From contig CAVRCJ010000010.1 in NCBI GenBank assembly GCA_963719515.1, forward strand, positions 384,001 through 448,000: a DNA stretch of 64,000 nt, in the 5' to 3' direction. Under the pieces are notes generated by a model that did no database searches, was not told the DNA's origin, and was given only the letters and a program-made list of their open reading frames with translations. The stretch's first letter is position 1; each line of letters opens with the position of its first letter. The position numbers and the translations under genes were made by a program. This document shows positions 53,301 through 60,180 of this stretch, in pieces. This DNA is from an uncultured cyanobacterium. GTDB lineage: Bacteria > Cyanobacteriota > Cyanobacteriia > CAKZMO01.

Positions 53301-54159
53301 CGAGACGGACCACTTTGAGATTGCTGGTACAGACTGCGGCCTACTTAAGCCGGGCGGTGACTGCGTTGTGGCTGTAGAGTTTGTTCCCCAAAGCGCGGGA
53401 GAACATGTCACTCAGCTGCAAGTTAGCAGCAACATCGAGACGTCTCCCATTCCCATCAGCGGAACCGCAACGGCAGGGGAGCGATCGCCCCAATCCCGTC
53501 CGCCCCAAACCCAGCCGCCCGGAGCCCAGCCGCCTCAGACGCAACCTCCCCAAGCTCGCCCTCCCCAAGCCCAAGCGCCCAAAATTCAGGCCCTCAGCCT
53601 ATCGAGCCGCACCGTCGGCCCTGGGGAAGCGGTAGACCTGTGCTACGACGTCACTGGGGCCGATACAATCTCCCTTAGCGACGGCCAGACGACCCGGCCA
53701 TTGAATAATCTAGCGGAATGCCTACCGCTCTCCCCCCAGGCCACCACCACCTACACCCTGATTGCCCAGTCCGGCGAAGAGCAAGTTGAGCAGTCTGTCA
53801 CCATCACGGTAGAAGATGTCGCCGTTGATATCCCGGTGAGAGCCCCCTTAACGCCTCCCCTTCCCTTGTCTCCGGGAAGCGCCGGCAGCGCCCCCCCGGT
53901 CTCCTGCATCGCCAACTCAGTGATCCTGCAGTGGGAGGGATCTGCAGAGTCCTACGAGGTGACCCTAGAGCGCGAAGAGACCGCAGACGATGCTCCGGTC
54001 TGGGTACCGGTGTTCACCCAAACGGTTGACCAGTCCCAGCTCGACGTCTCGGCCTCTGTGGGCAACTTCGGCCTCCACCGTTGGCGGGTGCGATCGCTAG
54101 GCGCATCTGGAAGCAGCAGCGCCTCCGCCTGGCAAACTTTCCTGTGTGTGGTGGAGTAG
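50344..54159 (+). CDS. Transmembrane STAND-like NTPase with TPR-like helices and extracytoplasmic Ig-like (ASH/choice-of-anchor D-like) domains
   Basis: GPSGAGKTT, LAVID, LKGNP (GxP), EAWALHQMG; TM WLLLGGAALLAGVGAMF; three N.G...F.I...C.....C.....F.P...G repeats; Pro-rich linkers; FN3-like end. Confidence 0.75.
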   Translation: MMQIRRATRDDVRVDMEQRLSAASAGDTEAIAALIERSLILSRVAVRARIEGRCLYIILYGQTGQQDSLVRFIKSGLQQIRIEGVSEIDIALHEDESERSPIWSYRGQLRPSQPVAVLATPKAIPPSTSPRRVITGNYSTQWTSSGIRVDATSSSPQRWVPQSATPPAAQDLFDRQSAIYKATQAIKSGAPLQVHGPSGAGKTTFLRHLIHQQEVQQFGDGIVYIEAYKSLSIDLLQQLFEALYHSNNAVPTKPTLPELYHALRSRNSLAVIDQTAAVDSLDPLIGTVPLLLAAQTCYLWERGEVVPLEAFSDHEALTFVELKLGRALSVDEQRSAMDLCRHLKGNPALLIQHVGIVRRGQSSFAELAQQIDAGFSPDALVMRAASDLSDEERRLLATLAVFGPVPIRAHHLQAIAGVDSISLTELQARGLVWGDDAYRLANNLLAPLQQVWDLTPWYERAVHYFSSWATSQHERIPASGEAASPETLAMLDLLWRLLERSVELHQWSDSLSLCRALDPLLYQYCRWGRWQQIWELGRQAARELEDSATEAWALHQMGSAALCLDDSFAAQAHLAEAQQLRLQAGDMVGAALSQHNLSVVTQTLGKDVTRKEAARPASSAPAAAFVSMPQQLPLKWLLLGGAALLAGVGAMFSLQSSSSEVSVRPGLITFPPQLRSTPSETREIVVYNNSSEALSIDEIVLGDREGNVDTSQDAGDDPALSGSNFQIEENCTDSVLLPEASCTIEAQFTPQSVGAHAATVTIVDDRQPLKTVTLRGVGAVAEAEFEPKSLTFEPQQPDAEPTTQIVTVRNKGAVAFAVATVALEDTTAFSIKADECAGLTLDTRDTCRLVVQFDPPEAGEFAATLTVTPETRSTIWTLPLEAAVSTTPSSGTTPSTPSSPSAPPAPPSPSQAPRLSFPPLRLPPIFTPSPSPAPRPRPRPRLKAELAANVESVAFDDQRAGSTGTERITLTNRGNGDLYFDSITLDETDHFEIAGTDCGLLKPGGDCVVAVEFVPQSAGEHVTQLQVSSNIETSPIPISGTATAGERSPQSRPPQTQPPGAQPPQTQPPQARPPQAQAPKIQALSLSSRTVGPGEAVDLCYDVTGADTISLSDGQTTRPLNNLAECLPLSPQATTTYTLIAQSGEEQVEQSVTITVEDVAVDIPVRAPLTPPLPLSPGSAGSAPPVSCIANSVILQWEGSAESYEVTLEREETADDAPVWVPVFTQTVDQSQLDVSASVGNFGLHRWRVRSLGASGSSSASAWQTFLCVVE

Positions 54160-54177
54160 CGGCGGCCTAAAAACAGG

Positions 54178-55461
54178 CTAGGTCTGGGGCGACATCACCT
54201 TGGAAAGTGCCGCGTAGGCGGCGATCGCCACCACAATGCCGTTGATGGGCACAATGCCCCAGCCCAATTGGCCGGTCACATAAGCCACCGCTGACGCCAG
54301 CACATAGGCAATGACGCCCGCCCAGTTGAATGACGGCTGCGGAATATCTAAAGGGGGAAACTGCTCTCGGCGATAGAGCCAGTAGTCCGCCATGATCACG
54401 CCGCCAATGGGTGGAATAAAGGTGCCCAACAACAGCAGGTAGTTCACCAGCATCTCATAGATGCCGCCCCAGGCCAGCATCAGCGCCACCGTCGCGCCCC
54501 CGAGAACAAACAGGGTGCGCTTGCTGGTGCGGAACATGTTGGCCCCAGCGATGGAAAAGGCGTAGATTGTATTGTCCTGGGTGGTCCACATGTTGAAAAA
54601 GAATAGGACTAGCCCCCCCACCAGCAGGCCTTGCTGCGCCATCACCTTGACGATGTCGGGCTCGCCGTAGACCTGGGCGCAAAAAGCGCCGCTAAAAATC
54701 AAGAATCCGTTGCCCAAAAAAAACGCCAGCAGCATGGCCCAAAAGCCCAGCCGCCCCGATGGGGCAAAGCGGCTCCAGTTGGTAGACTGCGTCCCCCCCG
54801 AGACGAAGGTGCCGACAATGATGGTGATGGCCGCACCGAGGGGCAGCGGGTCCCCTAGCTCGGTGGTCTGTAGCCCCGCAAAGCCGCCTACGTCCCCCGC
54901 AGCGATCGCCAGGCTCCACAGCATCAGGATCACCATGGCCGGGACAGCAATCCGGCTCAGCCAGTCCATGGCCCGGTAGCCGATGTAGGCCGTAGAGCAG
55001 AAAAAATAGGTGAAAAACAGAATGATGAGCCAGTTCCAGGACTCAGGCACTCCGGCCAAGCTGTTCAACAGCTGCGCCATCAGCGCCGAGCCCCAGGCGT
55101 ACCAGCCCACTTGAGTAAAGCCCAGAATAAAATCGACCCAGCGGGAGCCCACGTTGCCGAAGCTAACGCGGGACATGAGCACCGTGGTCAGTCCGGTTTC
55201 AGCGGCGATGTAGCCCAGGAGGGCGGCGTACAGCCCCAGAATAAAGTTGCCCAGCAGAATGACGCCGACCAAGTCTGGAAAGAAGCGAAAGGAGGGACCG
55301 ACTAAGCCCCCGGCAAACAGGGTGCCGGAGTAAAGGGTGAACCCGACTAGGATGGGAGCCAGGGACCACAAGGAGCGGCGAGCGAAGGCAGGAACGGGCT
55401 GAAGGGGAAAGTCTTCAGCGGTGTTCGGAGTTTGTGTGGTGCGAGGCTCGGTAGTTTGCAT
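54178..55461 (-). CDS. codB: Cytosine/purine permease (NCS1, CodB-like)
   Basis: GFTLYSGTL, GFTQVGWY, GTFVSGGTQ, NMWTTQDNTIY, IPPIGGVIMADY. Confidence 0.9.
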   Translation of the reverse strand: MQTTEPRTTQTPNTAEDFPLQPVPAFARRSLWSLAPILVGFTLYSGTLFAGGLVGPSFRFFPDLVGVILLGNFILGLYAALLGYIAAETGLTTVLMSRVSFGNVGSRWVDFILGFTQVGWYAWGSALMAQLLNSLAGVPESWNWLIILFFTYFFCSTAYIGYRAMDWLSRIAVPAMVILMLWSLAIAAGDVGGFAGLQTTELGDPLPLGAAITIIVGTFVSGGTQSTNWSRFAPSGRLGFWAMLLAFFLGNGFLIFSGAFCAQVYGEPDIVKVMAQQGLLVGGLVLFFFNMWTTQDNTIYAFSIAGANMFRTSKRTLFVLGGATVALMLAWGGIYEMLVNYLLLLGTFIPPIGGVIMADYWLYRREQFPPLDIPQPSFNWAGVIAYVLASAVAYVTGQLGWGIVPINGIVVAIAAYAALSKVMSPQT

Positions 55462-55489
55462 GACCTAAACAGTTGCAGCGAGTGGGGCT

Positions 55490-55531
55490 ATTGTGTCTGA
55501 ACAGGCCCAAGGGTGCCGTATCCCAGATTAC
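55490..55531 (-). promoter_or_regulatory. NtcA-activated promoter of codB
   Basis: Perfect GTA-N8-TAC (55518-55531), then exactly 22 nt, then CACAAT -10-like (55495-55490). Confidence 0.75.
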
Positions 55532-55656
55532 GACCTAGACTATCTCGCTCTCGGCGAGTTGACTACCACTAGGGGAGCACTCGCGCGGTAAGGTGTCAGA
55601 AATTCGGCGGGTCTATCAATTTGACGACTCGGCGGATGTAGGGACGCCTGAGGCGA

Positions 55657-55959
55657 TCAGTCAGCTTGAGGAGTTTTCGGAGGGGGCGTATTGGTTGCGG
55701 CCCGATGAGCTTTTAGTGCTGCTGGTTCAGCAAGGTCGCTCGGTGGGGGCGGCGGCGTGAAGATGATGATGAAGGTGGCCTCTGGGATGAGGCGGCGGAG
55801 AGTGCGGGCGTGGGCGTCGGCATCGTTGCGTTTGCGGAAGCGGGCGACGGTGATGCGTTGGGCTTTGGGCAATAGGCGGATGATGCTCCAGGGGTGAAGC
55901 TGGGCGCGGTAGGTTTGGCCAGGGCCAAGATCTGCGCCAGGTTGAGATGTTGGTATCAT
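55657..55959 (-). CDS. Small hypothetical protein (PW.IIRLLP...VARFR.RNDA.AH motif)
   Basis: 100-aa ORF divergent from the XRE gene, with a hairpin-containing leader. Confidence 0.7.
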   Translation of the reverse strand: MIPTSQPGADLGPGQTYRAQLHPWSIIRLLPKAQRITVARFRKRNDADAHARTLRRLIPEATFIIIFTPPPPPSDLAEPAALKAHRAATNTPPPKTPQAD

Positions 55960-56089
55960 GGGGAAATCTTGCCCCGCTGGTGCGGGGTTTGAGAGATGGC
56001 AACTGCCCGAAACTTGCCGGTGGGAGGCAGTTGCCTTTGCGTGTCAATAAAAATAGTAAACGATAAGTACTTATCGCTTGTCAAGTACG

Positions 56090-56299
56090 ATGGGACTGGT
56101 CCGATTGCGAATTCGTGAGATGGCCGATGAGCGCGGCTGGACATTGAAGGATGTTGCCGATCGCTCTGGGGTGCCGTATAGTACGGTGCGCCACTATGCG
56201 CGATCGGAGCTGGCTACGGTTGACTTGTCGTCTGTACAGAAGATTGCTCGCACATTTGAGGCTTTGATTGAGGATTTGCTCGAAGTAGTAAAGGAGTAG
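56090..56299 (+). CDS. XRE/Cro-C1 HTH regulator
   Basis: LRIREMADERGWTLKDVADRSGVPYSTVRHY...KIARTFEALIEDL. Confidence 0.88.
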   Translation: MGLVRLRIREMADERGWTLKDVADRSGVPYSTVRHYARSELATVDLSSVQKIARTFEALIEDLLEVVKE

Positions 56300-56587
56300 T
56301 GACCAGCAAGGGCCAGGCACCTTTATTCCCCATTGAAATAGATGCAGTAAGCTCTATACAGCTCGACACGATAAAAAATCATCTGAGACTGTTGCGACCG
56401 CCACAACATACAATTTAAAAGCATTCAGAGATATATTGCTTCAGTGAACTCTAGTTTCTAAATTCGTGTTTTTTTAGCAGAATATCTCTGAATTCGTTAT
56501 TTTACTATGCCTGAGGGTACTATTAATACAGGTAGAGTTCGCTCTGGCTGTACAGTTCTTTACATACTCAAGAGCTGAAAGAATACT

Positions 56588-57136
56588 ATGGCTAAACAAG
56601 CAACTAAGCGAAAGACGCGTCCAAATATCAACAAAGTTAGAGCAGAAATTCGTGACCTCGTTGTGCAGCATGGTTATGACGATCAAATCTTGCTGGACTT
56701 TGCAGAATTCGTTAACGGCGGAGCTTTCAAGCCTGTAGAGCTGCGTATGCAAGACCTTAAGGAAGCTGTTATAGCTGAATTTAATTGTGCATCGTACAAG
56801 GATTTAAAGAAAGACAGCAGCTTTCAAATGTTTGTTCGAGAGCACAGTCTCAAAATGAATTCTAAAGCTTCCTGGCTAAAGGTTTACCGAAAGTTTGTGG
56901 GGCTGCCTCAAAGCGAGAAAAATTCTATCAGCGACACATCTATTAATGGTATTGATGTATTGCGAAACTTTTTGCCTTGGAAAGTTTTTGCCTTAGATCC
57001 GAAAACAGCCACCGCTGACCAAATCAAAACTGAGTTCAATAAGCTTGCTAAGAAGCATCATCCTGACCACGGGGGTAATGCAAACGTATTTAAGCAGCTC
57101 AAGGTAATGCGAGATAGCCTGTTAGCCGCATATTAA
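56588..57136 (+). CDS. Protein with C-terminal minimal J domain
   Basis: PWKVFALDPKTATADQIKTEFNKLAKKHHPDHGGNANVFKQL, HPD intact; AT-rich coding. Confidence 0.85.
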   Translation: MAKQATKRKTRPNINKVRAEIRDLVVQHGYDDQILLDFAEFVNGGAFKPVELRMQDLKEAVIAEFNCASYKDLKKDSSFQMFVREHSLKMNSKASWLKVYRKFVGLPQSEKNSISDTSINGIDVLRNFLPWKVFALDPKTATADQIKTEFNKLAKKHHPDHGGNANVFKQLKVMRDSLLAAY

Positions 57137-57161
57137 AAATTTAAAGATAGCTTCAGAATCA

Positions 57162-58172
57162 ATGGGAAAGTGCAATATTACGGGTAAAGAACTAGCCAGC
57201 GCCCTGGATATTAAGGAAGAGCGTCTGCTTGAAATTTGTGAGTTTTTCGATCTTGATCCAGATGACGATTGGGAGCTAATAAAAGATACCCACTTCAAGT
57301 GGGGACCTTACGGCGCAAGAATATTCAGCCCAGAGGGAGCAGTTGAAATCTGTCACTATCTGGAAAAAAATAAACAGGAACGTCCTCGTCTGAAGCGCTG
57401 GGAGCGATGGCTATTTCAACGCGATCGCCGCTTAAAGGGCCTGATGGTTGCAAAGCGCGTTCAAGAAATCAGCCAGCTTGAAGGGCAGATTGTTTTCAAT
57501 AGCGGCAGAGCGTTTCTGGAACCAAGAGCTTGCCGCGAAGTACTTGGACTTGGAACACGCCAAGATATATTGAATAGAACTTTTCAGGAGATCCAGCGAT
57601 CTGACAACGTGGAGCTTGAACCGCTGAAAATTGACGTTGACTTTTTCATTCATGAGAGAAGTGCTCGCTGCTTTAGCCGTTCTGGCCTCGCCTCAGTAAG
57701 TAAGCAGTTAGGAGTTCGGCTTTCTCAGAAGCACCGCCAGGAGTGGATGAAGGCTGTTGCCGATTATGCGCCTTCGGCCCTAGAAACGATTGAGAATCAC
57801 GAAGCAGATCGAGCAAAGCGTATCACGCGAGCAATGAACAAAATTCGCAAACAAGCGAAAGGTAGATGTCAACTAACCAACCGCCCTAAAGCAATATATA
57901 AGTTTAATCTAGAGGTTCATCACCTTTTTGATAAAAATGCTTATCCACAGCTTGCTGATATGGAGACCAATCTCATTGCTGTTGCATCTGATATTCATGC
58001 CCACTTTCATCAGTGGATGGGTGGTACACATATTACCTGTACTGTAGAAGATATGGAACGCTATATTGACGAATTTGGAAACTCCCTTTTTGATGATGAT
58101 CGTGCAGAACAGGCGACAAAAGTAGCTATTGCTCTATCTATAGCAAAGAAAACACTAAGACCATTGATTTAA
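57162..58172 (+). CDS. Putative HNH endonuclease with duplicated N-terminal DNA-binding-like domains
   Basis: RCQLT...LEVHHLFDKNAYPQLADMETNLIAVASDIHAHFH; 25 nt downstream of the J-domain gene. Confidence 0.75.
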   Translation: MGKCNITGKELASALDIKEERLLEICEFFDLDPDDDWELIKDTHFKWGPYGARIFSPEGAVEICHYLEKNKQERPRLKRWERWLFQRDRRLKGLMVAKRVQEISQLEGQIVFNSGRAFLEPRACREVLGLGTRQDILNRTFQEIQRSDNVELEPLKIDVDFFIHERSARCFSRSGLASVSKQLGVRLSQKHRQEWMKAVADYAPSALETIENHEADRAKRITRAMNKIRKQAKGRCQLTNRPKAIYKFNLEVHHLFDKNAYPQLADMETNLIAVASDIHAHFHQWMGGTHITCTVEDMERYIDEFGNSLFDDDRAEQATKVAIALSIAKKTLRPLI

Positions 58173-58212
58173 TTAGCACTTTTGCATATCTACCCATTCT
58201 TAGTTGTTACCG

Positions 58213-58884
58213 TTAAATCAGCTCCGGGTCTTCCCCCAACTCCCGCAACCGAGCCGCCAGCCGCTCCGCTCGCTCCTCCGGCGTCAAAAGCCGCTTCCCA
58301 ACTCCATCAAACCACCCCAACATCTCCAGGGCATCACCGCCCGAAACTCTCTCAAATCGCCCAATCCCCAAACCAATCTACGGCATCCAAAACGGCTCGC
58401 CAAGCTGCAACTGGTACACCCCATCCACCAGCTTGTAAACCTCAAACGGCTGATGCCCGTCCCGTTGCCAAAACTCCGGGTTATAGACAATGTCATACAA
58501 CACGCCCAGCTTGCTGTAAATCTCCAGCTTCTCGCCATACTCCCCACCCGGCGTCCAAGACACCACCTCCAGCGCCAGCGTAGGAACGACCTGCTCCTCC
58601 CAAACCACGTAGCTGCGGCGCAACTTCCCATCCTTCCGCCGCTTCACCCCCAAACTAAGGAACCCATCCGGTACAACCGGCACCCTAGGATGCACACCAG
58701 TCGTGTGGTAGATTCCCATATCCACGCCAAAGAACCAGTCATTGCGATCGGCCCATAGCGCCTTGAGGACAAACAGAAGGATGTTGGGAATTAGGTTCTG
58801 TAGCTGATCATCCACAGGCAAACCGTCTGAGTCGGGCAGCTCAGCGCTAAAGGGTAGACGGCTATCGACATCGGGTTGAACCAT
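58213..58884 (-). pseudogene. Uma2-family endonuclease with in-frame TAG
   Basis: LPDSDGLPVD, VPDGFL, LEVVS...EKLEIY; stop at 58378-58380, then the frame continues IGLGIGRFE...LLTPEERAERLAARLRELGEDPELI*. Confidence 0.85.
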
Positions 58885-58932
58885 AGGACAGAATAGCCTC
58901 AGCCTGATTTCAGGGCAACTACAGTGCAAAGA

Positions 58933-59307
58933 TCAAGACGATAAATAATTCTGAGCTTGCTCAACAAACACCTTTGCCGCTGTAAAAATTGTTGCCGCCT
59001 GCTCCCGCGTTAAAAATACGGTAACCTCGTAGTCACTCAGCCTTCGGAGGTCATAAGCATTGCTCAATGCCCGCGCCAAATCAACCGGCAGTTCTTCGCT
59101 TTTGATGAAATACTGACCAAAGGCTTGAATAGCCCCTTTGTGTGTCTTGTTGCTGATTCCCTTTGAGGACAATAATGCCTGGGTCGCATGGTACATAGCG
59201 TAGTAAGACCGCGAGATGCAAGCCCGATGCCTCTCATTCACTAGAAGTATCTCAGCCGTTTCTAGTTCATCCCGCGCTAGGTTTAGAAATGGGTCAATTT
59301 GACTCAC
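58933..59307 (-). CDS. HEPN-domain protein
   Basis: SRSYYAMYHA, KTHKG, DLRRLSDY. Confidence 0.88.
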   Translation of the reverse strand: MSQIDPFLNLARDELETAEILLVNERHRACISRSYYAMYHATQALLSSKGISNKTHKGAIQAFGQYFIKSEELPVDLARALSNAYDLRRLSDYEVTVFLTREQAATIFTAAKVFVEQAQNYLSS

Positions 59308-59708
59308 ACAGCAAGTCCTTCCTGCCGAATGACTTCCAGCAAAGGCGACTCCCGATGCTGATAGTCATCAGCTGAAACTGGCACTACCGAAATCAGCTCA
59401 TCGTACTTAAGATTTAGCGTCGTCTTCACGTCACCCATGCGAAAAATCTCATCGCCGGGAGAAATAGGCCCTTGGAGAACCACCATCACATCTACATCAG
59501 ACTCCGCCGTTGCCTCCTGCCTTGCATAGGAGCCATAGAGAATTAAGCCAGCAAGGCGATCGCCGTACAGCTCAATCAACCCTTGGCGAAATTCCTGCAG
59601 CAGGCAGCTTATTTTTTTGCTCGCAACCGCGCTCAAGTCAGATGGCTCCAGGCCAGGGAGTTTGGAGATATCAAGATCAGATTGAACCATGCAGCCGTAC
59701 TTATACAA
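59304..59708 (-). CDS. Minimal nucleotidyltransferase (MNT)
   Basis: LYGSYARQEATAESDVDV (GS-X10-DXD); 4-nt overlap with the HEPN gene; start uncertain. Confidence 0.88.
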   Translation of the reverse strand: MYKYGCMVQSDLDISKLPGLEPSDLSAVASKKISCLLQEFRQGLIELYGDRLAGLILYGSYARQEATAESDVDVMVVLQGPISPGDEIFRMGDVKTTLNLKYDELISVVPVSADDYQHRESPLLEVIRQEGLAV

Positions 59709-59750
59709 ACTCCACAGTGGCTTTGGCGTTCAGCAACGTACATACTCTAT

Positions 59751-60133
59751 GTGACATCCTCCCGACGCTGACAGCAAGCTGTACAGCGCGGGCTTCCTCA
59801 GTGACTCCCAGCTATTGCCGAGACATATCCTGAGATAGGTTTATACTCCGCCTGATGCCCCACGGCAGAGTTTTGAATTTTCATCTCCGCGAGGGAGGAT
59901 ACGCACTATGTGTCGCAGATACATTTGCAAACTGAGGAACGGGTGACTTGCAGCTTTCGCCTACGGGCCCGTCACACTCTTTGCGGGGTGTATCACCTTG
60001 CTATCTCTATCATACCAACTGCTAGCCTCAGCGCTGAGCGCACTATCCGCTGTGCATCATTTTGCGGGCGCACTTCGGCTAGCGCGACTCTCATCCCGAC
60101 GCTCACCCTGACGGGTAGAGCGCGGGGCTTCCT
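59751..60133 (-). mobile_element. Non-autonomous IS200/IS605-family remnant (ends only, tnpB deleted)
   Basis: Two related subterminal hairpins in the same orientation (gaagccc(c)gcgct....agcgtcggga on minus); right end reads ...cgggaggatgtcac; no transposase ORF. Confidence 0.7.
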
Positions 60134-60180
60134 GTCTAGTCGCTAACTCAAGAGTACCGACACCTCTATCTTAAAGCCGC

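Noticed and set aside
52518..53411. 297-aa minus-strand ORF
   Set aside because: Antisense shadow of the GC-rich STAND gene; no motifs
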